Shown one piece after another: positions 19,331 through 30,754 of a stretch of 64,000 bases of DNA (within the stretch, counting starts at the first letter, position 1; each line of letters opens with the position of its first letter). The stretch comes from Candidatus Latescibacterota bacterium (GTDB lineage: Bacteria; Latescibacterota; UBA2968; SICM01): NCBI GenBank assembly GCA_965217865.1, contig CBDCJO010000001.1:416001-480000 (forward strand). The letters are read 5' to 3'. Both the position numbers and the translations under genes were made by a program. A model generated the notes under the pieces. It was not told the DNA's origin and did no database searches. It saw only the letters and a list, made by a program, of their open reading frames with translations.

Positions 19331-21958
19331 CTACACCGCGATACTCACCACGTGGTTCTTCGGAATCACCCTCATGTTCCTGGGCGTCTTTCCATCCAGG
19401 AAACGCTTGACATTTTCAACCTCTAAAGCGACCCGCTTCATCTCTTCCTCCGGCATACCAACACCCACCTGGACCCGCCCGCGAACCTTCCCGTTGACCT
19501 GGACCACCAACGTGATCAGGTCCTCGGCAGCCACCGCTTCGTCGAAAGCGGGCCAGTCCGCGTGGTAGGTGGAACCGGATTTTCCGATCCGCTCCCAAAG
19601 TTCGTCGGAGAGATGGGGTGCGAACGGGGCCATGAGGAGAATCAGTTTTTCCAGGGCCTCCGAGACCACGGCAGGGTCGGCTCCCGCTCCGGCGTTGTCC
19701 CCTTCGGCTGGACGATAAGCATAGAGTTGGTTGACAAGTTCCATCAATGCCGCGATGGCCGTGTTGAATCGGTAATCTTCGAGATCCTCCCCGACTTTAC
19801 GAATCGTCTGATGGACTTTTCGGCGAATTTTTTGGCCTGACCCCCTCCCGATTCCTTTGAGCGATTTCCGCCAACCGGGTTGAAATTCCGGCAGAGTCTT
19901 GATCGACCATCGCCAAACCCGGTTGACAAAACGAAAGGCGCCTTTGATGCCCTCCTCGCTCCACTGAACATTGTCCTCGAAGGGGACGACAAACATTACG
20001 TAAACGCGCAGACTGTCCGCACCGTACTTTTCCGCCACCTCGTCTGGCGTGACCACATTTCCCTTGGACTTGGACATTCGGGTCCAGCGCCAGACCACCT
20101 GATCCTCCGGAAAGGACGTTCGCTCCTCCGGTTTCAGCACGATCCAGTCGATGACCCGCTCTTCCTCCGCCTCGCTCGTGACATCCTCCCCTGCCCTCGG
20201 TTTGCGGCCGGGGGTATAGGCCAGGAGGCTTCCCTGGTTTCTGAGGACGCTGAACGGCTCTGTAAAACCGATCAGGTCCGCGTCATACATCACCTTTGTC
20301 CAGAAACGCGCGTAGAGCAGGTGCATGACGGCGTGTTCTGCCCCACCCACGTAAAGGTCCACCGGCAACCAGTCGTCGATCTTGTCACGGGATGCGAACG
20401 CCCGGTCGTTATGAGGGTCCGCGAAGCGGAGGAAGTACCAGGAGGAACAGGCGAATCCGCCCATCGTATCGGTTTCACGTCGCGCGGATCCCCCGCAACC
20501 CGGACACGGGGTATTGACGAACTCCGGGATGGTGGCCAGGGGTGATTCACCCGTTCCGGAAGGCTGGTAGTGCTCCACTTCCGGAAGAAGGACAGGAAGC
20601 TGGTCCTCGGGGACAGGAACCGTCCCGCATTTTCCGCAGTGAACGATCGGGATCGGGGCCCCCCAGTAGCGCTGTCTGCTGATCAACCAGTCCCGAAGAC
20701 GATAGTTGACCACCCCCGTCCCTTTTTCGGTTTTCTCCAGCCAGGCCGTAAACTTTCCGATTGTTTGGGCGTCATTCGGAAGGCCGTTGAATTGGCCGGA
20801 GTTGATAGCCGTCCCTCCCTCCGGAAGGGCACAGGTCATCTCATCGGGGGTCTGCGCCTCACCCGGGACATCATAGACGAGGCGGATCGGAATTTCGTAT
20901 TTCCGCGCGAACTCGAAGTCCCGCTGATCGTGTGCGGGAACGGCCATGATCGCGCCCGTGCCGTATCCCATAAGGACATAGTCCGCGATCCAGATGGGGA
21001 TCGGCTCCTCGTTGACCGGGTTGATCGCATTCGCGCCGATCGGGAGGCCGGTCTTCGCACGTTCTGTGCTCATCCGCTCGACTTCGGTCTCCTGACGGGC
21101 CCGATGGACATAAGCATCCACCTCCGCCTTCCGATCGGCGGCCGTCAGCTTTTCGACCAGAGGATGCTCCGGGGCGAGCACCATGAAGGTAGCACCGAAA
21201 AGCGTATCGGGCCGGGTCGTGAAGATCCGGATGACGTCCTTTTTTTCCTGGACCGGAAAGTCAACCTCCGCGCCATCGGACCGGCCGATCCACTCCCGCT
21301 GCATCTGTTTGATACCTTCCGACCATTCAATCCCGTCCATGTCCGCCAGGAGCCGGTCGGCGTATTCCGTGATCTTGAAATACCACTGCGGCATGGGCCG
21401 TTTCTCGACGAGGGTGTCGCAGCGCCAGCAGCGTCCCTCCTTTACCTCTTCGTTGGATAAGCCCGTCTTGCACGAGGGACACCAGTTGATCGGCGTGGTC
21501 GCGCGATAGGCAAGTCCGCGTTTGTAGAGCAAGAGGAAGAACCACTGTGTCCACCTGTAGTAATCCGGGTCGTTGGAGTTGATCTCGCGCGTCCAGTCAT
21601 AACTCCCCCCGATATAGTTGAGCGTCCGCTTGTAGTTTTCCGCGTATTCCGGCACCATCTCCCGGGGGTTGCGTCCACGCTTGATCGCTTCGTTCTCTGC
21701 GGGCTGTCCGAAAGCATCCCACCCCATCGGATGGAGGACATTGAATCCCTTCATGTGCTTGTAGCGGCAAAATGCATCGGTGGGAACATAGTTTTTGCAA
21801 TGACCTACCGAAAGGCCGGCGCCGGAAGGATAGGGGAAAAACTCGAGGACGTAATACTTCGGCTTTTCCGATCGATCATGGGTTTGGAAAGTACCTTCCA
21901 GCGCCCACCGCTTCTGCCAACGGTTCTCGATCTTTTTAAAATCGTATCGCTCGTCCAT
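19331..21958 (-). CDS. leuS: leucine--tRNA ligase
   Basis: FPYPSG..SVGH (HIGH), GWDAFG, editing domain FTTRPDTLFG and YGTGAIMAVPAHD, DWLISRQRYWG, RMSKS; start set at MDERYD. Confidence 0.97.
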   Translation of the reverse strand: MDERYDFKKIENRWQKRWALEGTFQTHDRSEKPKYYVLEFFPYPSGAGLSVGHCKNYVPTDAFCRYKHMKGFNVLHPMGWDAFGQPAENEAIKRGRNPREMVPEYAENYKRTLNYIGGSYDWTREINSNDPDYYRWTQWFFLLLYKRGLAYRATTPINWCPSCKTGLSNEEVKEGRCWRCDTLVEKRPMPQWYFKITEYADRLLADMDGIEWSEGIKQMQREWIGRSDGAEVDFPVQEKKDVIRIFTTRPDTLFGATFMVLAPEHPLVEKLTAADRKAEVDAYVHRARQETEVERMSTERAKTGLPIGANAINPVNEEPIPIWIADYVLMGYGTGAIMAVPAHDQRDFEFARKYEIPIRLVYDVPGEAQTPDEMTCALPEGGTAINSGQFNGLPNDAQTIGKFTAWLEKTEKGTGVVNYRLRDWLISRQRYWGAPIPIVHCGKCGTVPVPEDQLPVLLPEVEHYQPSGTGESPLATIPEFVNTPCPGCGGSARRETDTMGGFACSSWYFLRFADPHNDRAFASRDKIDDWLPVDLYVGGAEHAVMHLLYARFWTKVMYDADLIGFTEPFSVLRNQGSLLAYTPGRKPRAGEDVTSEAEEERVIDWIVLKPEERTSFPEDQVVWRWTRMSKSKGNVVTPDEVAEKYGADSLRVYVMFVVPFEDNVQWSEEGIKGAFRFVNRVWRWSIKTLPEFQPGWRKSLKGIGRGSGQKIRRKVHQTIRKVGEDLEDYRFNTAIAALMELVNQLYAYRPAEGDNAGAGADPAVVSEALEKLILLMAPFAPHLSDELWERIGKSGSTYHADWPAFDEAVAAEDLITLVVQVNGKVRGRVQVGVGMPEEEMKRVALEVENVKRFLDGKTPRNMRVIPKNHVVSIAV

Positions 21959-21965
21959 ACCCTTA

Positions 21966-22628
21966 TCACTCGAATCTATTAACATACGGCAATCGAGCGG
22001 CCGCCTGGCGGACCGACTCCATATCGTCAAGGAGTTGGCCCGTTGCATCCCACGTCCCGGCCACGAGCAGGAATCTGGTGCTCTCCGGAACCGCAACCGG
22101 GATCACCCGATCCTGATAATTGAGCTGTTCCGAATCGACATCAACCGTTAAAACCTCCGAAGGGTCAGACTCGACGGCCTCCTGAAGGAACAGCAGGTCG
22201 GCCTCCCCGGCCGTAACGCACGGAATCCCCATCGCCGTGCAATTTCCACGGAAGATCTCTCCAAACGATTCCCCGATGACCACCCTGATCCCCCATCGCA
22301 TCAGCGACTGTGGGGCGTGTTCCCTCGAAGAACCACACCCGAAGTTGCGATTGACTACCAGGACGGACGCCCCTTTGAACCTCGGGTCATCGAACGGATG
22401 CACCCCGGCCTTCCGGTCATCTTCAAACGCGTGCTCCCCCAGGCCCTCAAAGGTCACACTGCGCAAATACCGGGCAGGAATGATCCGATCGGTATCGATG
22501 TCGTTCCCCCGCACCACGATCCCTCTCCCCGCCACCCGGGTCACAGATGCGTTGTTCACGTCAAAGCCCAATCGTATTAAGGTTGATCCCGCGGGATCCG
22601 CTTCGAATCCGCTCCGAATCCCAACCAT
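21966..22628 (-). CDS. leuD: 3-isopropylmalate dehydratase small subunit
   Basis: DIDTDRIIPARYL, NFGCGSSREHAP, SFGEIFRGN; true start may be the internal GTG (MNNASV). Confidence 0.96.
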   Translation of the reverse strand: MVGIRSGFEADPAGSTLIRLGFDVNNASVTRVAGRGIVVRGNDIDTDRIIPARYLRSVTFEGLGEHAFEDDRKAGVHPFDDPRFKGASVLVVNRNFGCGSSREHAPQSLMRWGIRVVIGESFGEIFRGNCTAMGIPCVTAGEADLLFLQEAVESDPSEVLTVDVDSEQLNYQDRVIPVAVPESTRFLLVAGTWDATGQLLDDMESVRQAAARLPYVNRFE

Positions 22629-22629
22629 C

Positions 22630-24036
22630 TTAATTGTCCATGAACTTTCTAACGTCCGCGACCTCCCCGGTCACGGCAGCGGCGGCGACCATGGCCGGAC
22701 TCATCAGAAGCGTCCGTCCGGTTGGACTTCCCTGCCTCCCCTTGAAATTTCGGTTGCTCGAGGAGGCACAGACCTGGCGTCCCTCCAGTTTGTCCGGGTT
22801 CATAGCCAGGCACATGGAGCACCCGGCACCCCGCCATTCGAACCCCGCCTCCCGGAAGGCCTCGTCCAGTCCTTCCGCCTCGGCGGCCTTACGGACGGCC
22901 TGAGAGCCGGGAACCACAAGGGCTTTGACGTGCCCTGCGACCTTTCGTCCCTTCACAATCCGGGCGGCTTCTCGAAGATCGCTCAGTCGGCTGTTCGTAC
23001 AGGACCCGATAAACGCAACGTCGATCCGGGTCCCGGTGATCGAATCATCGGGTTTGAAGCCCATAAACTCAAGGGCCTCCCGCGCGGACCCCTGCTCCTC
23101 TTCCGGCAGCGATTCGGGATCCGGGATGCGTTCGGTCACGTAAGCCGATTGTCCTGGTGTTATCCCCCACGTCACCGATGGTTCCATCGCGTTGCCGTCC
23201 AGGGAGACGACGTCGTCATACGATGCGTCCGGATCGGAAGCCATCGACCGCCACCAGTTAACCGCCCGTTCGAAAGCCTGCCCTTTCGGGGCGTACGGAC
23301 GGCCTCGGATATATTCAAACGTGGTTGAATCGGGATTGACATAGCCGGCTCGCGCACCGCCTTCGATCGACATGTTGCAGAGGGACATTCGCTCCTCCAT
23401 TGTCATGGCCTCGACCACAGGCCCCCCGTATTCATAGGCATACCCGACCCCACCCTTGACGCCGAGATGTCGGATAATGGTCAAAATCACATCTTTCGCG
23501 TAAACCCCCCTGGAACGTCTTCCCGTCACCTCGATCCGTCGGACCTTCAATGGATCCACGGCCAGGCACTGACTCGCCATGACGTCACGCACCTGGCTCG
23601 TTCCGATTCCGAAGGCGACGGATCCGAAGGCCCCGTGGGTCGAGGTATGGCTGTCCCCGCACGCGATCGTCATGCCCGGCTGCGTAAGGCCCAGCTCGGG
23701 CCCCACGACGTGAACGATCCCCTGCCGTGCGTCGCCCAGATTGGCGAGCGGAATGCCGAATTCCTTCGAGTTCCTCTCCAGCGCCACCATCATTTCCTCG
23801 GCCAGCTGATCCTTGAAGGGTCTTTCCTGGACATCGGTCGGGACGATGTGGTCCACCGTCGCAAACGTCAGGTCGGGGAAGGCCACCTTGAGCCCCCTGT
23901 CCCGCATCTCTCCAAACGCCTGTGGGCTCGTCACCTCGTGGATCAGATGCAAACCGATGAAAAGCTGCGTCTGGCCCGAAGGCAGCCGGCGGACGGTGTG
24001 TGCCTCCCATATCTTTTGAAAAAGGCTATTCCCCAT
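22630..24036 (-). CDS. leuC: 3-isopropylmalate dehydratase large subunit
   Basis: [43 protein letters not shown]; start set at MGNSLF. Confidence 0.97.
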   Translation of the reverse strand: MGNSLFQKIWEAHTVRRLPSGQTQLFIGLHLIHEVTSPQAFGEMRDRGLKVAFPDLTFATVDHIVPTDVQERPFKDQLAEEMMVALERNSKEFGIPLANLGDARQGIVHVVGPELGLTQPGMTIACGDSHTSTHGAFGSVAFGIGTSQVRDVMASQCLAVDPLKVRRIEVTGRRSRGVYAKDVILTIIRHLGVKGGVGYAYEYGGPVVEAMTMEERMSLCNMSIEGGARAGYVNPDSTTFEYIRGRPYAPKGQAFERAVNWWRSMASDPDASYDDVVSLDGNAMEPSVTWGITPGQSAYVTERIPDPESLPEEEQGSAREALEFMGFKPDDSITGTRIDVAFIGSCTNSRLSDLREAARIVKGRKVAGHVKALVVPGSQAVRKAAEAEGLDEAFREAGFEWRGAGCSMCLAMNPDKLEGRQVCASSSNRNFKGRQGSPTGRTLLMSPAMVAAAAVTGEVADVRKFMDN

Positions 24037-24047
24037 GGGGTTCCCTC

Positions 24048-25607
24048 CTATACCGTGTCCCTCACCTGCGACGCTCCCCCCCTCCGCTGCTCTAAAGCGA
24101 CAAGACGATTCAACCCGTCGACGAATGCCCGGGCCCCTGCTTCGATCAGGTCCGTTGACGCCCCGCGTCCCGTGGCCGTAAGCCCGTCTTTGGCCAGCCT
24201 CACCCTGACTTCGCCGACCGCGTCCTGTCCCCCCGTCACCGACCGGCTGTCGTAGTTCTCCAGCTCCACCGGAATCCCCACCGCTTTCTTGATGGCGTTG
24301 TAAGTCGCATCGATCGGGCCGTCCCCCCACGCCGCTTCCTGAACGACGGACTCTTGATCGATGGAGAGCTTGACCGTTGCGGTCGGAAGCGTCCCGGTTC
24401 CGCTGGATGTATGTAAATATTCAAGGGTGTACTTCTGGGGGACATCGTGCACCTCGTCCGACACAATGACCACCAGATCCTCGTCAAACACTTCCTTCTT
24501 TTTATCCGCGATGTCGATAAACCGCTGATAGGCCTGATCCAAATCCTCCTTGGAGAGCTGAAAACCCAGCTTCTCCAACCGATGCCTGAGCGCGTGTCTC
24601 CCAGACCGGGCGGTGAGCACGATCTGTGTGGCCTCCAGTCCGACATCCTGAGGGGCCATGATCTCGAAAGTCGTGCGCTCTTTTAACACCCCGTCCTGAT
24701 GAATGCCCGAGCTATGCGCAAAGGCATTTGCACCGACGATCGCCTTGTTCGGGGGAACAACGATGCCCATCAGCCTGCTCACCAATCGACTTGTCGGGCA
24801 GATCTCCCGCGTCTCGATTCCGGTCGACAGGCCGAAGTAATCCTGGCGTGTGCGCAGGGCCATCACCACCTCTTCGAGAGATGCGTTCCCAGCACGCTCC
24901 CCCAACCCGTTGATGGTGCACTCCGCCTGACGCGAGCCGTTTTTCATCGCCGTTAGGGTATTGGAGACGGCCATGCCCAGATCGTCATGACAGTGTACGC
25001 TCAGAACGGCCTTCTCGATCCCCGGCACGTGTTCAAGGATGTCGCGTATCAGACCGCCGAAACCCTCTGGCACGGCATATCCGACCGTGTCCGGGATATT
25101 GATGGTGGTTGCCCCCGCCTGGACCGCCGCTTCGATGACCTCATAAAGATAAGCGGGTTCGGAACGCGCGGCATCCATCGGAGAAAACTCAACGTCCTCG
25201 CAGAACGTCTTGGCTCGCTCCACGGCAGCGGCGGACATCTTCAGAACTTCATCCGGGCTCTTCCTCATCATTTCCATATGGCTCGCCGAAGTCCCGATAA
25301 ACGTGTGAAGCCGGGGCTTGGGTGCATCCTTTAGGGCTTCCCCGGCTCGATCGATGTCCCCCGGCAAAGCCCGTGCAAGACCGCAGATAGCGGGACCGGA
25401 AATTTCCCGGGCCACGCGGTTCACGGCTTCAAAATCCTCGACTGAGGAAATTGGAAATCCCGCCTCGACGACGTCGACCTTAAGCTTTGCCAGTTGATGC
25501 GCGATCTCAAGTTTTTCTCGGACGGATAATGACGCGCCCGGAGTCTGCTCGGCGTCGCGCAGCGTCGTATCGAAGATGATCGCTCGATCCGATTGACTTT
25601 CCCCCAT
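24048..25607 (-). CDS. leuA: 2-isopropylmalate synthase
   Basis: [51 protein letters not shown], regulatory domain GDGPIDA. Confidence 0.97.
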   Translation of the reverse strand: MGESQSDRAIIFDTTLRDAEQTPGASLSVREKLEIAHQLAKLKVDVVEAGFPISSVEDFEAVNRVAREISGPAICGLARALPGDIDRAGEALKDAPKPRLHTFIGTSASHMEMMRKSPDEVLKMSAAAVERAKTFCEDVEFSPMDAARSEPAYLYEVIEAAVQAGATTINIPDTVGYAVPEGFGGLIRDILEHVPGIEKAVLSVHCHDDLGMAVSNTLTAMKNGSRQAECTINGLGERAGNASLEEVVMALRTRQDYFGLSTGIETREICPTSRLVSRLMGIVVPPNKAIVGANAFAHSSGIHQDGVLKERTTFEIMAPQDVGLEATQIVLTARSGRHALRHRLEKLGFQLSKEDLDQAYQRFIDIADKKKEVFDEDLVVIVSDEVHDVPQKYTLEYLHTSSGTGTLPTATVKLSIDQESVVQEAAWGDGPIDATYNAIKKAVGIPVELENYDSRSVTGGQDAVGEVRVRLAKDGLTATGRGASTDLIEAGARAFVDGLNRLVALEQRRGGASQVRDTV

Positions 25608-25608
25608 G

Positions 25609-25734
25609 TCAGGTTGACCTCCTCTGCCGGAACCTCCCACGGATCTCAGATGGAGCCCTCCGGCGAAATCGCTCCATCTGTGCAGATAGACACAGATCGC
25701 TTTCCTTCTTGCCCCCGCTTAGTCCGGGCTCCAT
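25609..25734 (-). CDS. putative 41-aa leader ORF upstream of leuA
   Basis: SD AAAGGAGGTGATCCAG directly before ATG; MEPGLSGGKKESDLCLSAQMERFRRRAPSEIRGRFRQRRST*; TGA is 1 nt before the leuA ATG; overlaps alternative hairpins. Confidence 0.5.
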   Translation of the reverse strand: MEPGLSGGKKESDLCLSAQMERFRRRAPSEIRGRFRQRRST

Positions 25735-25853
25735 CTGGATCACCTCCTTTGAGAAAAGCAGAAGTCAGTAGTTATAAAAAGGTGCTTGATTTTGATTTCT
25801 CCTGAATTCTGTGTTCTGTATTCTGTATTCCGGGTGGGGTTGGTCGGATGGGT

Positions 25854-26906
<1,053 letters not shown>

Positions 26907-26925
26907 TCACTGCGGGGACCAGGTC

Positions 26926-27429
26926 TTACACCTCTCCGCGATACTCCCGCAACAAGGCAACGCTTCCTGTTCGGGCCATCTCCTTGATCCCAAAGGGTTT
27001 CAACATCCCGATCATGGCGTTTATCTTATCGTCTTTGCCCGTGGCCTCGATCGTCATAGAGGTGGAGCTCACATCCACGACATTCGCTCGAAAAATCTCC
27101 GTGATCTGGATTATTTCAGGCCGGGTTTTCTTATCTGAGGAGACCTTGATCAGCGCGAGCTCCCGTTCCACGAAGCTTCCCTTTGTCATGTCGATGATCC
27201 TGATAACATCCACCAGCCGGCCCAGTTGTTTGTTGACCTGCTCCAGAACCCGATCGTCCCCTTTGACCACAATCGTCATCCGGGAAACATCCGGATTTTC
27301 GGTCTCCCCGACCGACAGGCTGTCGATGTTGAACCCCCGGCTTGCAAACAACCCGGAGACCCGACAAAGGACTCCGAAATGATTTTCAACGAGGGCTGAA
27401 ATCGTATGTGTCTGCCCGCTGCCATCCAT
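26926..27429 (-). CDS. ilvN: acetolactate synthase small (regulatory) subunit
   Basis: ACT domain VENHFGVLCRVSGLFASRGFNIDSLSVG, KQLGRLVDV, ERELALIKV, EMARTG. Confidence 0.95.
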   Translation of the reverse strand: MDGSGQTHTISALVENHFGVLCRVSGLFASRGFNIDSLSVGETENPDVSRMTIVVKGDDRVLEQVNKQLGRLVDVIRIIDMTKGSFVERELALIKVSSDKKTRPEIIQITEIFRANVVDVSSTSMTIEATGKDDKINAMIGMLKPFGIKEMARTGSVALLREYRGEV

Positions 27430-27479
27430 AAGGCCTTTCCCCCTCTCCACTGCCGTGTGTTTGATCTGATCCTAATTTT

Positions 27480-27591
27480 AAGAAAGCTAATTGCACACAA
27501 AGAGGCCGCCGCCTGTGAATTACTTCAGAGGCTCCATCCAAAAGTTCATTCCGATAATGCGAAGGGATAACAACTGAAGGATTGAGCCTCT
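27480..27591 (-). promoter_or_regulatory. putative attenuator: alternative pairings after the leader peptide
   Basis: AGAGGCTCAATCC (overlaps the leader stop) can pair with GGATGGAGCCTCT (27539-27527) or GGCCTCT (27507-27501); a weak hairpin and U-rich tail follow. Confidence 0.5.
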
Positions 27592-27769
27592 ATGCACCGG
27601 GTAGAATGAGTGCTAGAATTAGGCTCAGGACTAAGGGAAGGACCAGAATGTACGGCCTTACGTCGACTGGGGCAGCCGCGACTGACCGGAAAAGAGAGGA
27701 GGAAACGGGACGGCTGATGACCACGGTGTCCCGGCGGTGGATACTTGGTTTATTTTGAGGAAATCGCAT
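27590..27769 (-). CDS. ilv-leu operon leader peptide (59 aa)
   Basis: MRFPQNKPSIHRRDTVVISRPVSSSLFRSVAAAPVDVRPYILVLPLVLSLILALILPGA*; 13 I/L/V in a 16-codon tail including CTA x3 and TTA; lies between promoter and ilvN. Confidence 0.7.
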   Translation of the reverse strand: MRFPQNKPSIHRRDTVVISRPVSSSLFRSVAAAPVDVRPYILVLPLVLSLILALILPGA

Positions 27770-27830
27770 AAGATGCAGGTGGACGTCGGAATTGTGGTCT
27801 TAGGCGCAAAAACTTCCTAAAGTAGGATTA

Positions 27831-27859
27831 ATTATAATATAACCAGAGATTTTTGTCAA
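27831..27859 (-). promoter_or_regulatory. consensus sigma70 promoter of the ilv-leu operon
   Basis: perfect TTGACA-17 bp-TATAAT. Confidence 0.85.
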
Positions 27860-27947
27860 GAGATTTTCTGGTTTCTCTGTCCCGGTTTATGCCAGAGGGT
27901 GTCAGGCCTTACGGACCACCCAAGGATTCCAAGAGGATTTTTTTGAC

Positions 27948-27976
27948 TTGCCAACCCATCTCCAGGTCTGTACTAT
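27948..27976 (+). promoter_or_regulatory. putative ilvD promoter
   Basis: TTGCCA-17 bp-TACTAT, about 50 nt before the ilvD ATG. Confidence 0.5.
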
Positions 27977-28027
27977 TGGTCTTTGATAGAATTTCTTACG
28001 AGATACGGACTTTTGAAGGAGAATCGA

Positions 28028-29704
28028 ATGGCGCTATTGAATCGTTACAGCTCCCGCATCACCCAGAGAAAGTCTCAAGGGGCTTCCCAGGCGATGTTGT
28101 ATGGAACGGGAATGACCGAAGAGGATATGGGGAAGCCTCAAGTGGGCATCGCAAGCGTCTGGTACGAGGGAAACACCTGTAATATGCACCTCCTCGGTCT
28201 GGCCAAAAAGGTCAAGGAAGGGGTCGCTGCAGCCGGGTTGATCGGCATGCGATTTAACACAATAGGCGTCAGCGATGGGATCTCCATGGGCACGGAGGGA
28301 ATGAGCTACTCCCTTCAGTCACGTGATCTGATCGCCGACTCGATCGAAACGATCATGGCCGCCCAATGGTACGACGCGTTGATCGCCATTCCGGGATGCG
28401 ATAAAAACATGCCCGGCTGTCTGATCGGAATGGGTCGACTGAATCGACCGTCGCTTATGGTATACGGCGGCACGATCAAACCGGGCTTCATAAACGGACA
28501 GAAGGTGGACATCGCATCCGCCTTCCAGTCCTATGGCGAGTTTATCGCAGGTTCAATCGATGAAAAGAAACGGCTGCAGATCGTCCAGAAGGCCTGTCCC
28601 GGAGCGGGTGCGTGTGGGGGCATGTACACCGCCAACACCATTTCCAGCGCCATCGAAGCCCTGGGCATGTCACTGCCCTATAGCGCCTCCACCCCCGCTG
28701 AGGAGGTGGACAAACTCGAAGAATGCGTAAAAGCAGGCGCGGCGGTTCGGGTTCTTCTCGAGGAAGACATCAAGCCCCGGGACATCATGACCCGCGGAGC
28801 CTTCGAAAACGCGATGGTCGTGGTGATGGCCCTGGGCGGGTCAACCAACGCAGTCCTTCACCTGATTGCGATGGCCAGGGCGGTCGACATCCCGCTGACC
28901 ATAGATGATTTTCAAGCCGTAAGCGACCGTGTGCCGTACCTGGCGGATTTAAAACCAAGCGGCCAGTATGTCATGGCGGACCTTCACGGCGTAGGCGGCA
29001 CGCCCGCCTTGATGAAATACCTTTTGGAGAAGGGACTTCTCAACGGTGATTGTTTGACCGTGACCGGGAAGACCCTTGGCGAAAACCTGGAACCGCTAAA
29101 GGGGCTCCAGGGGGGTCAGGATATTGTGCACACCGTCGAACAGGCGATCAAGCCGACAGGACATATCCAGATCCTCAAGGGAAATCTGGCACCTGAGGGG
29201 GCAGTCGCAAAGATCACCGGAAAAGAGGGCACGGTCTTCAAGGGAACTGCAAAGGTCTTCGATTCGGAGGAAATGATGCTTGCGGCTTTGGAGGAGGAGA
29301 AAATCCAGCGAGGCGATGTGGTGATTATTCGGTATGAAGGCCCGAAAGGGGGGCCCGGCATGCCCGAAATGCTCACCCCTACCTCCGCGATCGTCGGGGC
29401 TGGTCTCGGAAAGGATATTGCGTTGATGACAGACGGCCGGTTCTCGGGCGCCTCCCACGGATTTCTCGTCGGACACATCACGCCCGAGGCTCAAGAAGGG
29501 GGGCCGATCGCCCTCATAGAAGACGGCGATCGGATTACGATCGATGCTGAAAACAATCGCATTGATGTGGACCTGAGCGATCAGGAACTCGCTACCCGCC
29601 AGGCGGCCTGGAAGCAACCCGCTTACAAGGCAACCCGCGGGACCCTGTTCAAGTATATCAAGAACGTCAAATCCGCCTCCGAAGGCTGTGTGACGGACGA
29701 ATAA
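28028..29704 (+). CDS. ilvD: dihydroxy-acid dehydratase
   Basis: [61 protein letters not shown]; SD GAAGGAG before ATG 28028. Confidence 0.97.
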   Translation: MALLNRYSSRITQRKSQGASQAMLYGTGMTEEDMGKPQVGIASVWYEGNTCNMHLLGLAKKVKEGVAAAGLIGMRFNTIGVSDGISMGTEGMSYSLQSRDLIADSIETIMAAQWYDALIAIPGCDKNMPGCLIGMGRLNRPSLMVYGGTIKPGFINGQKVDIASAFQSYGEFIAGSIDEKKRLQIVQKACPGAGACGGMYTANTISSAIEALGMSLPYSASTPAEEVDKLEECVKAGAAVRVLLEEDIKPRDIMTRGAFENAMVVVMALGGSTNAVLHLIAMARAVDIPLTIDDFQAVSDRVPYLADLKPSGQYVMADLHGVGGTPALMKYLLEKGLLNGDCLTVTGKTLGENLEPLKGLQGGQDIVHTVEQAIKPTGHIQILKGNLAPEGAVAKITGKEGTVFKGTAKVFDSEEMMLAALEEEKIQRGDVVIIRYEGPKGGPGMPEMLTPTSAIVGAGLGKDIALMTDGRFSGASHGFLVGHITPEAQEGGPIALIEDGDRITIDAENNRIDVDLSDQELATRQAAWKQPAYKATRGTLFKYIKNVKSASEGCVTDE

Positions 29705-29729
29705 CCCGGCCTTGTCCCCCGCTGGAAAT

Positions 29730-30701
29730 TCACCGCGGATTCTCCGGCCGGTTCACCGGATGTTCTGGCGCTTCCCCGTTCAATACGCGGATCACATCCG
29801 CAGCCACCATCGACATCTTCTGGAACCCTTCGATGGAATGACCGGCGTTGTGGGGACTCAGCAGGACGTTGTCGAGCTTAAGGAGCGGATTCTCGGGGTT
29901 GAGGGGCTCCTCTTCGTACACATCGATCGCTGCCCCGGCAATACGGCGGTTCTTCAACGCGTTGATCAGGGCGGGTTCGTCGATCACCGGTCCTCTTGCG
30001 GCATTCACGAGATACGAAGTCGGTTTCATCAAAGCAAATTCCCGCGTTCCGATCATATGCCGCGTCTCCGGGAGCAGGGGGACATTCAGGCTGACGAAAT
30101 CCGATTCCGTGAGCAGCCGCTCGAGAGGAACTCGCGCAGCACCCACCTGGGTTTCAACCCCCTCGGGGGCCCGGATTGCATCCGTGTACAGAATCTTCAT
30201 CCGGAACCCGCGGCCGCAGATCTCAGCAATTCGACGTCCGATCCTTCCGAAGCCAACGATGCCGAGCGTCTTTCCGATCAGCTCCGGTCCTTTGACACGA
30301 TTTCTAAATTCCAAGTTCCCTGATCGGGCGGCCCGATCCGCTTCGTGCGGAAGCTTCGAAACCGCAACCAATGCCATCGCCACATATTCCGCGACCGATT
30401 CCAGCGGGGCGTGAGGGGCGTTGACCACGGTGATCCCGTTGGCCGTTGCCGCCTCCACGTCTACATTGTCCACACCCGCTCCATGCCTGCCGATCACCTT
30501 CAGCCGTGATCCCGCGCACATCACCTTTTCGTTATAATAACCCTTCCCCCTTGCGATAATCCCATCCACATCGACCGCCCACTGTATGGTCGTCGACTCC
30601 GACGCATCCGGCGCGATCACAACCTCCGCGTCGTGATCCTTCAGATAGTTCAGCCCGACTTCGTCCATCGGCTCGAACATCAGGATTCTGTATTTAGCCA
30701 A
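29730..30701 (-). CDS. D-2-hydroxyacid dehydrogenase (SerA-like catalytic domain)
   Basis: RHGAGVDNVD, GIVGFGRIG, NAARGPVIDE, DVYEEEP, SPHNAG; start set at TTG after SD AAGGAGGGG. Confidence 0.88.
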   Translation of the reverse strand: MAKYRILMFEPMDEVGLNYLKDHDAEVVIAPDASESTTIQWAVDVDGIIARGKGYYNEKVMCAGSRLKVIGRHGAGVDNVDVEAATANGITVVNAPHAPLESVAEYVAMALVAVSKLPHEADRAARSGNLEFRNRVKGPELIGKTLGIVGFGRIGRRIAEICGRGFRMKILYTDAIRAPEGVETQVGAARVPLERLLTESDFVSLNVPLLPETRHMIGTREFALMKPTSYLVNAARGPVIDEPALINALKNRRIAGAAIDVYEEEPLNPENPLLKLDNVLLSPHNAGHSIEGFQKMSMVAADVIRVLNGEAPEHPVNRPENPR

Positions 30702-30754
30702 TTCCCCCCTCCTTAAATAAACCCCGGATGTTTTCTCGATCATCCAGCTTGGTT

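Noticed and set aside
22237-23328. 363-aa plus-strand ORF
   Set aside because: Antisense to leuC/leuD; expected in GC-rich coding DNA.
25735-25750. CTGGATCACCTCCTTT, identical to the 16S rRNA 3' end, as an rRNA fragment
   Set aside because: No flanking rRNA sequence; on the minus strand it is an extended SD directly before an ATG.
27450-27830. T-box riboswitch upstream of the ilv-leu-leuS operon
   Set aside because: No GGTGGNACCGCG T-box sequence seen; the leader peptide explains the region better.
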